64,000 nt of DNA, from NCBI RefSeq assembly GCF_035084215.1, contig NC_090366.1, positions 10,478,001 to 10,542,000 of the forward strand. The letters are read 5' to 3'. This document shows, piece after piece, positions 48,297 to 61,419 of this stretch. The notes below the pieces were generated by a model, which saw nothing but the letters and a program-made list of their open reading frames with translations, ran no database searches and had not been told where the DNA came from. Every line of letters starts with the position of its first letter. Position 1 is the first letter of the stretch. The translations under genes and the position numbers were made by a program. The stretch comes from Heptranchias perlo (lineage: Eukaryota).

Positions 48297-49927
48297 TTAT
48301 ATATATATATATATATATCTGTGCGTGTGATGGGGGTGGTAACGGTGGGGGGTGGGGGGAGTTGGGTGAGATCGAGAGAGAGAGAAATATTATCAGATTA
48401 CTTCAGGTGCCCAATAAAACTCTGTTCAGTTCAGGCATGTGCATAATCCATCCCTACGAGATACTCCACGTCTGAGACGAATCTGGACTCATGGTTAAGC
48501 AGAACAGCTCAGGTTACATAGCTTTGGCCTGAGTCTGAGGTGGCCACCGGCGATTTTAGTGGAGTCAGGGTCAGCTACATACAGGTGTTTGGATCAGCTG
48601 AACAGAACGACAGTAAGCTGGAGGACGTTACAGCAAATACACGTTTCACTGTACGTGGGGTATTTTTGTAAATGAATGAAAGCATGCAATCAACGGAAGA
48701 GGTAACGATAAACGTGGTCTCCATACAAGTGTAAGCTGAGCCCTTCCTTCCTATATAGGTAAATAATGAAGGGGACGAGCTAACGAGGGAACCCTAAAGT
48801 AGACCAGCGTAGATCGTGTGTAGATTGGAGTCAAAGGGGCATAAATTCATCAATGGGCAGCCCGTTTTGCACTCCGCCAGATTCGTTTTCCATTGGCCCA
48901 ATGGAAAAGAAAATCAGTCGCAGTGTCAAACAAGTGGTTGATGCGCTTTCGCCCGTTTTGCGCTGCTGTCCAAGACCAATTTCACGCCCATTAAATCCAC
49001 CCTCTGCCTGCCTGTCCCAGTGGTTCCGATGGAGATATATGATTCCGTGACATTAACGACAGAAAGCGCGATTAATGTATAGGGATTTTCTCAGGCGTTG
49101 TATTGGCAAATATTTCTTCCCCAAGCAGTATTGCGTGTAGCGTATTTGTGACACGATTTGCTGCTGGGTCGCCCTGTTAGAGATTAAGATTGAGAAATAA
49201 TAAGGAAGAACACTTTACGCGAAATTATGTTCCATTTTCTAAGATTATTTCTGCAGTTTATGAACCTTAAAATTGAAAGACTGAGTGTCCCTGTTGCACA
49301 GGCCGGGTGCAACCTGCTTCTAGGCTAATCTTGCACATGTTTAACCTTAGACTCGCTTTATCACGCTAAATTGGAGATCCAATACCGTTGTTTTAGGGCC
49401 TTGGCTCCTTATGTGTCATGTTGACTCGAAAACATCAATGTTTTCCTGTACAACTCGATACCACAATACGTCGGAATGGAGACTGAGAGTAGGAGTTCAG
49501 GAGGGCGATGTAATAACCTTTTTAGCTAAGCTTGGAAGCAAGCCCATTGTTCGGTGAGTTGGGAGATAGAGAAGGAAGCCATCTGGAGGGTTCAGCTGTG
49601 GTGAGTGTATCTTCTGCTGCAAAGCATCCAAGAATTCATCCTTGGCATACAGATGCAGGTGCTGCCTTTGTCTGTAATATTATAATGTTTCACATTCCTA
49701 ACAATTTTCAGCCCCAAAAAAGGGACACGTGTCTTGCTTATTGCAGATTCATGAATTAATGTATACTCCCCGCGTTACAGTTTAATTGTATTGTATCTGT
49801 TTGCAGGCAGTGTAGCTGTACTTGCTGACCGGTTTAAAGGGAAACTCCACCGTGATAATCGAGGCACGGAAGATAATTTTAGAAATTTCGCCACCAATGC
49901 CTGTAAAAGTAAAGATCTTTTTGTGCT

Positions 49928-50282
49928 GTAGAATCATAAATGATACAGCACAAAAAGAGGCTCTTCGACCCATCGTGCCTGTGCTGGTTCTTTGCTGGAT
50001 CTATCAAATTAGTCCCACTGCTCTTTCCCAGTAGCCCTGCATTTTTTTCCCTTGAAGTATTCATCCAATTCGCTTTACTATTGAATCTGCTTCCGCCACT
50101 CTTTCAGGCAGTGCATTCCAGATCACAACAACTTGTAAAAAGTATTTTCCTCATCTCCCCCTCTGGTTCTTTTGCCAATCACCTTAAATCTGTATCCCCT
50201 GGTTACCAATCCTTCTGCCACAGGAAAGAATTTCTCCTTATTTCCTCTATCAAAACCATCCATGGTTTTGAACACCTCTATC
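49928..50282 (-). mobile_element. CR1 LINE 3' fragment
   Basis: ORF 50123-50329 (IEVFKTMDGFDRG...TRGYRFKVIGKRTRG). Confidence 0.85.
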
Positions 50283-50871
50283 GATTCGAAGAAGTGTTTA
50301 TAGAGAGAAAATTGTTGCATTGAAAGCAAAAAGGATTAATCGGTGGGTTAATAGTTCAGGGCTTGCTAATTACATATTACAAATTGCATAGTCTCCAGGA
50401 CAGACACAGGCCATTCGGTCCAACTGGCCTATGCCGCTCTTTATGCTCCACATTATCCTCCTCCCTTCCTCTTTAACCCTTTCGGCATAACCTTCTATTC
50501 CACTCTGAAAAGTTAAGGTCACAGCTAAGAAATTAAATTAAATTAAATGAATGTCGGAACTTTATTCAGAAGCTAACTGGTGAGAATTTAGACGAGGAAA
50601 GGGAAACTCATCACAAGATTCTCGGAAAATATCCATGTCGGCTCAAGTAGAGTAATTTATAAATCTAGATTTACTCCACGAGAATGAGCAATTTCGAACG
50701 CAAAGTGTAGCATTGGATTGAAAAATGCAAACCATTCTCCAGCTTCATTTTCAGATGCAGTCGCCAACTGCTCATATCCCTGCCGGAATAGATAATGATT
50801 TGTATTTTTATCCTGATGAAGGAGATGTCTTTCCTCGGTTTTCTGAGAAGCAGCTAATCCCGCTGCTCACT

Positions 50872-51152
50872 CCAATTCCCGCAGACCCTGTGCTCAGTCT
50901 CATTCCCCCAGACCTAGTGCTTAGTCCCATTCTCCCACACCTGGGGCTCAGTCCCACTCCCCCAAACACGGTACCCAGTCCCATTCCCCCGGACCCAGTG
51001 TTCAGTCATATTCCCCCATACCGGGTGCTCAGTCCCATTCCCTCAGACCAGGTGCTAAATCCCATTCCCCGAGCCCGGTGCTCAGCCTCACGCCCACTGA
51101 CCTGGTGTTCAGTCTCATTCCCCCCGACCTGGTGCTAATCCCCATTCCCCCA
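50872..51152. repeat. 27-bp minisatellite, ~10 diverged copies
   Basis: Unit like CCAGACCTGGTGCTCAGTCCCATTCCC; translates as PPDxVLSPI repeats in ORF 50725-51138. Confidence 0.85.
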
Positions 51153-51179
51153 TCTCCCTTATCAGCGCGCGATACTGAA

Positions 51180-54100
51180 TGCTCGGCCCAGTTTTAATAC
51201 CTGAAGCCGGGGTTATGTAGTCCAGAGGCAACAGCCTCTCCACTCGCTGGAGACGTGAGAATGTTAACTGTGCACAAGAAAGAATTAGAGCATGAGATAA
51301 AGAATGGGGTGTGTATAATCCGTCAAGCGGAAATAAAACAACCTGAACAGTGCTCAAAACATGGTAAGGAAATGATGGATTTTGTGCAGGAGGGCGACAG
51401 ATTATTATCAGCCGTTTCACAGCAGACAGAGGATGTGAAGGAGTTACGTTAAAAAAAACACTCTGGGGTAGCCACGCCAAGTGTAACAAAATAATTAGGG
51501 AAAAGAAAGGTAAATTAATGGTCCACAAGGCTATTACCGGGGCCTTCGCCACACCAGGCTTGGATGAAACACCAACTCTGACCAATGCCCCAATGACACT
51601 GATAACATCGTGGGTGTTACACAAACCCACGTCTTCTGAGCTAGTAAACCAAATAACAAATCAGGTGGGCCAAAGTAAACCTAAGGTTTAAAATCAGTAG
51701 CGAATGGGCTTAAGTAGAAAACTTCAAAATTTGACAATTGTTTTTTAGAGAAAAAGGCTAAAAGGAAAAGGCTACAGGATTTTTTTTGTCTTCAGTGTAT
51801 TGTCTGTTTACAAATGTGTGTGAATGTTCGCTTTTCGGTGCTGCTGGCTGCGGTTGAGTCTGACCCCTTCCCAGTCTGCAGTGTTAATCTATTGAAGTCC
51901 TTAGCTTAATTAACATTAAGACTGAACAAGCATTTCAATCTTTGTTTTAGCAGCAGAACCGAGATTCTCCTCAGTTATATTGAGTAAATTTACAGTTATG
52001 GCTAGGTGTGCTTGAAGAAAGAGCAAGATGAAAATTACTTGTAATCTAATGGGTATCTTGTAAGCACGTGCTGTCTTTTTTTTATTAACTTGATGTACAT
52101 ATATAAAAATATGCATACACACGCATATGTGTATATATACATATATGCATGTATGTGCTATTTGAGATATTGTATCCCTTTGTTTTTGAGTCTGTACTAA
52201 TTGGAGTAATTGAGTCAAGCTAACCTGAGTTTTCACACTGAGAGTCTGATCAAATTCTTAAATTATGAATACCTATTTTCAGGGACTGGCCACCACCGAA
52301 AACTGATAAGTAAATTATGTGAACAATCTCTGGTACGTGACATGGGACTGTCATGTAACAATTCACATTTCTGAGTTCATCACTCATGAAAGGGAATCAA
52401 TAATCTTAGCTATATCAGAGCAAATACTAGTGAATTGTTCAGTATAAATAAGGTGACTGAAGTTGTGTTAAATATCGGAGAACTCCAATGCAGTTGATAT
52501 CTAAAAAAAACTAGTTAAATAGAAGGCATTAATTAATTACAGCTTAAAGTTGTGCCCCCAAAATGCTGGGACATTTGAGGTAGTCCTGCTGCATCTCGTT
52601 TTGTTTCTTTGTAAAGAAATTAGAACAGTTAATTCATGCTGGAAGAAATTGGATTATGTTTGGTAACGAATAATACCCTTTGGAATCTTGTCACTGACCG
52701 GGACCCCAAGGGACCCGAGTCCATGAAAGTTCTGGAGGGTCTTCTGCCATCTCTATGGCAACAACTGGAGACATCTTCCGATTGGACTGTACCGACTGAA
52801 ACCCAAGTCAAAATACTTCAACGCTTGCACCAAAGAATTAATAAAATAAGGGGTATTGAACACATCTCAGCTACAAATGTGGATAAATGAATTAACAAAA
52901 ATTGGGGTTTAATCTGGCATATTTGAAGGTATATCCTTTTATGCACTAGAGATAAGGCTAGAAAACATTACTTTTCATTTTAAATGAGATGAAAAAACGA
53001 AATCCTTTCTTCCCCAACAGGATTGTGTTACAGAGCGATGCATAATTAGGATGATAATGATGACATATCCAATCAACTAATGGTTTTTGCTCGTTTGATC
53101 AGATCTTAAACTCCGAAGGTTGCAACTGTTCAATTTTGGAAACCTTCCACTTAGTTAGTTAAACAGTCGCTTAATGTAGCAATGTTACGAATTGGGAAAA
53201 CGTTTGTGCCTTTACGGATAATGTTTGAAAATTGTCTTTGCACGTTAAAAACGATCAAAGGTGAGTTGTCTGGATCCATTTAAGCTGTACTTTATTTAAC
53301 AATATTCGTATACACTTGATTGGGAAAATCATATCTATGACTTTAATTGTATCATCATCGCGTGCAAGTTTTATTTTACATTAACTTGAATGCAGCAAAG
53401 TTTATCATTTCCCAAGGACGCATTATACCAACATTCAATGCAGAAAGAGTCAGAAAAGAGTAAAAGAGAGTTTGGAGAATTACAAAGTGTCCTTTTAAAC
53501 CAATTCCAACTCTTTCAAATCACTGTTTCTTTAAATTTATTGGCATGTATCAAGTCTGCAACGGCTGTTGCGGTGGATGACTCCATCCGCAAGACTTTTT
53601 CAAAGTTTGCACAACCATGACAGGAATTCAATTCTTACTTCTATGTTCCCAAGTCATTAAGAAATTAAGATTAGATCTTCAAGTCTGCTTGAATATTTAC
53701 TAATCAAAATTATGCTAATTTGCAATGCTGAATGTAAGGACATCATGCTCTTCTGGAGTATTTTTCAAGTTTCAGGACTCAAGTGGATGGCCCAAGTTTT
53801 GTTTTCGGCAGACATCAGAACAATATCATCAAGTGCCACTGCATTATGATAAGGCGAGGTGAAGCTTCGCCTCTGAAAGACCCATTCATTTCCCTGTATC
53901 AGATTCCAACACAAATTGCTTGAAGGGGGGAACAATGCCATGACGGTTAGCTCTTAAGGAAACTGAAAGCACTCCACATACTGAGTGTATGAGGTACACA
54001 GAGGCAAATTGTACCACCAATTGGGGTCTAAAATCAAAGCACTAGGTGATCATAGGTGATAATAGTAAATTTTATGATAACCAGAACCAAGGGGTCAGGG

Positions 54101-54400
54101 GAACAGGACACCTGAGTACATCTGCGAGCAACATACATCACCTGGGAAAAACGCACCAAGGGATGCCAATCAATAATGAATGCACAATCTGGTGGAAATC
54201 AGGAATCACGAGATTAGTTCATTAAAAGCTTTCTCATGGAGATGGTTGTGTCTTTGCCTATACTGAACAATGAGAAGAATGCACTTTATACATTTTATAG
54301 CCTAGCCACTGAAACATTGGGACCATGAAGTGGGAGATTCTCGTCAAAGACCTCCAGGTACCCCCCGCCCCCAGCCCTGAACATTTGAGCAGTTAGCCTG
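51180..54400 (+). mobile_element. Possible highly decayed LTR-retroelement/ERV relic (gag-like pieces)
   Basis: Coding-like fragments: a coiled-coil at 51255-51452 continuing by frameshift into SHAKCNKIIREKKGKLMVHKAITGAF, and 52636-52890. No diagnostic catalytic motif or LTR pair seen. Confidence 0.3.
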
Positions 54401-54434
54401 AAAGCACAGGCATTGCTTGTAATTGATGTCACGT

Positions 54435-55260
54435 GTGGCATAATCGTGTTTAACTAAATTGATTGAGTTCTTTGATAAAGTAACAGGGAGGCCTGATGAG
54501 GGTAGTGTGGTTGATGTTTTCTATATGGACTTTCAATAAGCATTTGGTAAAGTACCACATAATCGACTTGTAAGCAAAATTAAAGCCCATAGGATTAAAG
54601 GGGCAGAGGCAGCGTGGATACAACATTGGCTAAGGGACAGAAAGCAGAGAGTAGTGATGAACGGTTGCTTTTCAAACTGAAGGAAAGTATACAGTGGTGT
54701 TCCCCAAGGGTCGATATTAGGACCACGATTCTTTTGATATATATTAATGACCTGGAGTTGGATATGTTATTTCAAATTGTGCAGATGGCACGACACTCAG
54801 AAATATAGTAAACAGTGTGGAGGATAGTGACAGACTTCAGGAGGACATAGACAGACTGGATAGATGGGCAGACACATGGCAGGTGAAATTTAACGCAGAG
54901 AAGTATGAAGTGATACATTTTGGTAGGAAGAATGAGGAGAGGCAATATAAACTAAGGGGCACAATTTTAAAGGGGTGCGGGGACAGAGAGACCCTGGGGG
55001 TGTATCTGTACAAATATATTAAAGTGGCAGGACAATTTGAGAAAGCTGTTTAAAAAGCATATGGGAATCTGGACCTTATTAACACAGGTGGAAGCAGATT
55101 CAATAATAACTTTCAAAAGGGAATTGGGTAAATACTTAAAGGGAAAAAATACAGCGCAATGTGGAAAAAGCAGGGGTGGAACTAATTGGATAGCTCCACG
55201 AAAGAGCCGGCACAGGCAAGATGTGCCGAATGGCCTCCTTCTGTGCTGTATGATGCTATG
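54435..55260 (+). mobile_element. CR1 LINE fragment with an internal deletion
   Basis: YMDFQ*AF and SGVPQGS motifs; ORF 54817-55053 ([25 protein letters not shown]). Confidence 0.88.
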
Positions 55261-55537
55261 ATAATATGATACCACGGTGGTGTGTGCAGATGCGACATGT
55301 TGCATGTCAGCAAACCAGTATGCAGAATACATGATAAAGATACACTAAAAAAAGAGTCTCCGATATGTCCAATCACGTTAACAACACGATTACATGGAGT
55401 TGAAGTCAATGGAATTAAAAATCGGGGAATATTTAAAACGGGCTGCTGATTCACCATCATCTGTTTTAAACTGTGGCACGAAGTCCAGATCTACCCATAG
55501 AATACAAAAGGAAGGATGCCATGCTAAATCTAAATTA

Positions 55538-56005
55538 CTGGCTCGGCCTCGGATAGAGTATTGTGTCCAATTCTGGACACCAAACTTTAGGATGGATGTC
55601 AAGGCCTTGGAGAGGGGGCAGAGGAGATTTCCCAGAATGATACCAACGATGAAGGGCTTCAGTTATGTGGAGAGACTGGAGAAGCTGGGATTGTTCTCCT
55701 CGTATCAGTGAGGGTTATGGGGAGATTTAGCAGAGATGTTCAAAATTATGAAGAGCGTTGATTTACTAGATAGGGAGAATTTTTTTTCTCTGGCAATCGG
55801 TAACCAAAGCGCACAGATTTAAGATAATTGGCAAAAGAGTCTGATGGGAAATTAAGAGGTGTTTTATACCACAGCGAGTTGTTATGATCTGGCATGCACT
55901 CTTTGAAAGGGTGGCGGAAGCAGCGTCAATGGTAATTTTCAAAAGATAATTGGATAAATACTTCAAAAGGAAGACTTTGCAGGGCTATTGGGTACGATGG
56001 GAGGT
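55538..56005 (+). mobile_element. CR1 LINE 3' fragment just downstream of the GPCR3 stop
   Basis: RPRIEYCVQFWTPNFRMDVKALERGQRRF in ORF 55394-55711. Confidence 0.88.
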
Positions 56006-56059
56006 GTGTACCCAATTTGAGATGCCCCACCCAATTAGCAAGTCTCTTTTTATTTTGTA

Positions 56060-59000
56060 CTATTTAAATAATTTAGCAATTAACATCAGTGGATATTTTG
56101 CTAAGTTCTTCAGCTCCTCTCTGAATTTAGTCTGAGTCACTGCATAAATACACGTGTTTGTGCAGCAACTCAACAGGAGAAGCATATACCCGGCTTCCTG
56201 GAGGATGTATACAGGGTCGTCAGAACCTGAGTAATTATAAGTGTTCGTCATTCGATGATATAAGTAATGCACAGCAAACGTCATCCACAAGAGTATAAAA
56301 CTGCCTGATATAGTAAGAAGTAAAATGATAGATTTTCTTCGATTCTCCATTTCGGAATCATTCTCCTTTTCACCGTTTTTCTTGCCGAGGAGAGCTTTGC
56401 GGATTCTATTGGCCACTAAAATATGCTTCACTGTCAGTAGGTTGAATAGTGAAATCAAAATCAATGGAACGAACGGGGTTAAAATATGGTTAAGGTAAGA
56501 AAACGCTCTCCATGCGGATGAAGTATAAAAGCTAGATTTGAAGGTACAATACCAGGGTACATTGTCAATTGTATACAGAGATATAAATGCAAAGTACCAG
56601 GGGATATTTCGTAAACAGCTCAGGGCAAACACCGTTTCTATAACAACGGCTGCCGTCCTCTCGGTGCAATATTTGTTTTTCAGCTTCTGGCAGCAAATCG
56701 CCACATAGCGATCAAAGGTGAAAGCGACCGTTAACCAGACTGAACTGTCTTTGGTGGCATAAATCAGGGCAGTTTTGAGTCGACACAGCGGCGTAATGGA
56801 CAGGAAGCTAGCTGGAAAATAAACGCCAATTATCCGACTCAATACCACACTAGTGAGAACGACCAGCAGATCCGCCACAGCCATGGCTACCAGGTAGTAA
56901 GTGATGCATTTGGAGAGACCGCACTTCCCACGGGATAGGATCACAATCGCCACTAGGTTAACTATAGGAAAGAAAAAAACAGACTACAATTATTGGCTAG
57001 CCTATCAGCAAAAGCGTCAGTTAGGCAGGAATTTCGTTAAATGTTACAGTTAGGTTGGTAAGTCGAGCAACGATTATCTCATTTCTTCATCGATATTAGT
57101 AATGTCTAGTGAATGTAAAAATTCAAAAGAATTTAAAAATAAGGATGCATTAGTTCCACCGAGTAAATCATAGAATCATAGAAAGGTTACAACACGAAAG
57201 GAGGCCATTCGGCCCATCGAGTCTGCGCCCGCTCCATGCAAGAGCAATCCAGCTAGTCCCAATCTCCCGCCTTATCCTCGTAGCCCTACATTTTTTTTCC
57301 TTTCAAGTGCTTATCCAGTTCCCTTTTGAAGGCTATGATTGAATCTGCCTCCACCACCCCCTCGGGCAGTGCATTCCAGATCCTAAGCAATCGCTGTTTA
57401 AAAAAAGTTTTTCCTCATGCCACCTTTGGTTCTTTTGCCAATCACCTTAAATCTATGTTCTCTGGTTCTTGACCCTTCCGCCATTGGGAACAGTTTCTCT
57501 CTATCCATTCTGTCTAGACCCTTCATGATTTTGAACACCTCCATCTAATCTCCTCGCAACCGTCTCTGTTCCAAGGAGAACAACCCCAGCTTCTCCAGTC
57601 TATCCACGTAACTAAACTCCCTCATCCCTGGAATCATTCTAGTAAAACTCTTCTGCACCCTCTCTAAGGCTTTCACATCTTTCCTTTAAAGTGCGGTGCC
57701 CAGAACGGGACACAATACTCCAGCTGTGGCTGAACCAGTGTTTTCTAAAGGTTCATCATGACTTCCTTGCTTTTGTACTCTATGCCTCTATTTATAAAGC
57801 CCAGGATGCTGTATGCTTCTTTAACCGCTTTCTCAACCTGTCCTGCCACATTCAACGATTAGTGTACATATACCCCCAGGTTTGTCTGTTCCTATACCCC
57901 TTTTAGAATTGTGCCCTTTAGTTTGTATTGTCTCTCCTCATTCTTCCCACTGAAATGTATCACCTCGCATTTTTCTGCGTTAACTTTCATCTGACCAGCC
58001 TGTCAATTTCCTCTTGAAGTCTATCACTAGCCTCCTCACTGTTCATTACACATCCAAGTTTTGTGTCATCTGCATACTTGGAAATTGTGCCCTGTACACG
58101 CAAGTCCATTGTAAAACAATACTTAAAGTGAAACATAAGTTGAACATGAATGAGCAGCAATCAATTGAAATTAATGATTAATAAAATAAGGAATTTAAAA
58201 TGGATGAGAACGTACCAGAGTTCAATATAACGTTTAACAACCATAAATGAATTCTGCAATAAATTAGTGCATTGAATGGAATAAATACTGAATCAGATAC
58301 TGAAAGAAAACAATGAAAGTAAATAATGATGGATGTAGGATGCCTAAATGGAATATGCTAGAACAGGTTCAATATGAACATAGCTATCGCATAAGAAAGT
58401 CGAGAATAATATTTTTTTAAAATCACAAAACATTGGTCTTGGCAGATGCAAACAAGAGCGAGATTGTGTAGTTACCAGAATCAGACTGGGTGCGGTAATG
58501 CAAAACGGGCGGCAACACATCGGCTGATTTGGAGCTGGATGGCTGACCGGGTGTATTGCAAACAGGCAAATTTGTCCCCTGGTGTACCGTATCGAGGGTG
58601 GATCTCATCCACGGGTGACAGACGTGATCCCTGTTCCCCCGATGCCTGCTGGTGAGATCAGTGCGTGGAAATAGGACGCGGGCCCAATACCTGACTCGGC
58701 AATTGTCGAGGCTGGCCCCTAAAGATTGAGCAGTCTGCCCAAGGGCTGGTGCTTCCCATAGAATGGCTCGGAGGGTTGTGAGGCTGGAGAAAGCTCTATC
58801 GTAGTTTGTGATTGAAGTAGACAGCGTGTCAACATTTAGGAATGCTAGCTAAATTGGTGTTAGGGAATTGGAAATTAAAGGGGTATGAATGCAAGGCTGG
58901 AATGTGCGATTAGGACTACTGCTCACGTGGGATATAAATGCCAACAGAGACTAATTTGCTAACCTTGCTTTACAGTCTACAAAACTTAGGTTTTGGAGTA

Positions 59001-60806
59001 TAATAATCTGATGTAACAGAATACAGTTTTCCGTGCATCCTATACTGAATCCTGCTGTAAACATCTGGGATCATTTTCAATAAGGGGCAGCAGCCTAGCC
59101 TGGAAATTCCCCGAAGCCGCAAGGAACCAAAACATTCTCGGGTTGGGGGTTTGCCTTGGGGGTGTGAACAAAGGCCGCTATCGTAACGTATCGGCCGCCA
59201 GTTATACGCCCCATCCAATATTCAGTTCTAAAGCAGTCAATGGAATCGAATATTGAGCGGGGCGTGTAACGGGCGTTGGGATACCGCCCGATTTTCGCTA
59301 ACGCCCAAGAGGAATTTCTACCTAAATATTAGATAAAACAAACCACCCGAAATAAATTAGATTCAATATGTTTTAACCACAAAAATACATATTTAAATTC
59401 AGATACGCAAAAGACACAATCAAATAAGAACATAAGAAATAGGAGCAGGAGTAGGCCAATCGGCCCCTCGAGCCTGCTCCACCATTCAATAAGATCATGG
59501 CTGATCTGATCCTAACCTCAAATTTAAATTCATGTCCAATTTCCTGCCCGCTCCCTGTAACCCCTAATTCCCTTTACTTCTAGGAAACTGTCGATTTCTG
59601 TTTTAAATTTATTTAATGATGTAGCTTCCACAGCTTCCTGGGGCAGCAAATTCCACAGACCTACCACCCTCTGAGTGAAGAAGTTTCTCCTCATCTCAGT
59701 TTTGAAAGAGCAGCCCCTTATTCTAAGATTATGCCCCCTAGTTCTAGTTTCACCCATCCTTGGGAACATCCTTACCGCATCCACCCGATCAAGCCCCTTC
59801 ACAATCTTACATGTTTCAATAAGATCGCCTCTCATTCTTCTGAACTCCAATGAGTAGAGTCCCAATCTACTCAACCTCTCCTCATATGTCCGCCTCCTCA
59901 TCCCCGGGATTAACCGAGTGAACCTTCTTTGTACTGCCTCGAGAGCAAGTATGTCTTTTCTTAAGTATGGAGACCAAAACTGTATGCGGTATTCCAGGTG
60001 CAGTCTCACCAATACCTTATATAACTGCAGCAATACCTCCCTGTTTTTATATTCTATCCCCCTAGCAATAAAAGCCAACATTCCGTTGGCCTTCTTGATC
60101 ACCTGCTGCACCTGCATACTAACTTTTTGATTTTCTTGCACTAGGGCCCCCAGATCCCTTTGTACTGCAGTACTTTCCAGTTTCTCGCCATTAAGATAAT
60201 AACTTGCTCTCTGATTTTTCCTGCCAAAGTGCAGGAATGTGATCCTCCAAAATCAGTTAAACTGATGAAAGGGAAGGTGGTAAACCATCCATGGGGCAGC
60301 AGGTTGGAGCAGTTTAGCTGGCGTATTTCGACTGACCTGTCAAGGCAATTTGGATAGATACGCATTGTGCTCGCTTTTCCCAGTTTGTACAACATTTTTC
60401 ACCCAGTGAATTTCAATTTTATGCGGCTACCACTATGCATGACTCCACACGAAAGATTGTAAGTCATTGGTGGAGGAAAATAAAACGGTAGCACTGTTTA
60501 CGTCGGAGAGGCAAATATTATCACATCAATAACATGTAACTTTCAATAACAAAATATGAACTTAGTGAATATTGTTGGTTCGTGACACATTGTTGTTTAC
60601 ACCCCTATTACAGAAGAGATGGTTATTTAGCAAATACATGAACACAGTGAGAATATGTTACTGAAAACGCTGCAATTGAGCATAAAAATTAAACAGTGAT
60701 TTTGGTAATGAAATATCTAATGCAATAATGACCTACCTGGGATTCCGACAGCGCCAAGAACAGGATAGAAAATAAGATATACTTGATCTGTTACTGGTTC
60801 ATGCAT
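56060..60806 (-). CDS. Class A orphan GPCR, GPR139/GPR142-like paralogue 3; complement(join(56060..56961,60737..60806)), ~323 aa
   Basis: Exon 1 encodes MHEPVTDQVYLIFYPVLGAVGIP, then G|gtaggt. Acceptor cctatag| gives [17 protein letters not shown]. Motifs FDRY, PWYC and NTCIY. Confidence 0.92.
57166..58108 (-). mobile_element. CR1 LINE 3' portion in the GPCR3 intron
   Basis: AATCATAGAATCATAGAAAGGTTAC tail; reverse complement of the family at 42715-43996. Confidence 0.92.
59424..60235 (-). mobile_element. Young 5'-truncated CR1 LINE, near-identical to 21673-22421
   Basis: ORF 59530-60141 matches the CR1 part of ORF 21602-22309 except at six residues; same TTCTTATG tail. Confidence 0.95.
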
Positions 60807-60880
60807 TTTCTGGCAGAAGCGATGCCTCTGTTTGTCCTGGAGACCGCAAATGCCACATGCTCTTTGAAACAGCCAAGAGA

Positions 60881-60965
60881 TCCCTAATATATACTTGAGG
60901 GAAGTCTCCAGTGAGGCAATTAGGTAACATCATTACTGATGTAAATGAGGCATTTGAACAAACAA
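60881..60965 (-). promoter_or_regulatory. Putative core promoter of GPCR paralogue 3
   Basis: Minus strand TGTTTGTTCAAAT...ACATCAGTAATGATGTTACCTAATTGCCTCACTGGAGACTTCCCTCAAGTATATATTAGGGA, ~85 nt upstream of ATG 60806. Confidence 0.7.
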
Positions 60966-61064
60966 ATTGGAACAAGTGCTTATTATTGTTCAATTCAATA
61001 CAAAATATCTAAATGATGTTGAAAAGTTTTAAATACCAAATACAAGTTTGTCACGACATTCTTC

Positions 61065-61368
61065 ATGAGCCATGCAGAGCAAGAAGGTCCCTGGTTTAAT
61101 CCCTGACTTGTGCTAACTCAGCTGATCTCAGCTACCTTTAGCACACCATTATCCAGAAGAAAGCAGGGAACTCTCCCCTGACTTCAGTCAACATTACTCC
61201 CACATCAAATGCATAGTGAAACTGATGATTTATATAATTTTCTGTTTAGATACCTTGTCCTGCCACGTTTGCCTACTTAACCGCAGCGACTCGACTTTGG
61301 AAAATGGTTGTGATGCGTTTTGCGACATGCGTGGAGGTGATAAGGCACTATATGAATGCAAATTATTT
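61065..61368 (+). mobile_element. Old SINE (tRNA-like head, Deu-like body, L2-type tail) whose head matches the satellite monomer
   Basis: Head CAGAGCAAGAAGGTCCCTGGTTTAATCCCTGACTTGTGCTAACTCAGCTGATCTCA; body GAAGAAAGCAGGGAACTCTCCCC; tail AAGGCACTATATGAATGCAA. Confidence 0.65.
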
Positions 61369-61419
61369 CTTTATACAATTGCTGTAGCAATGGGAAAGAC
61401 TCTTCTGAGATTAGTTGGG

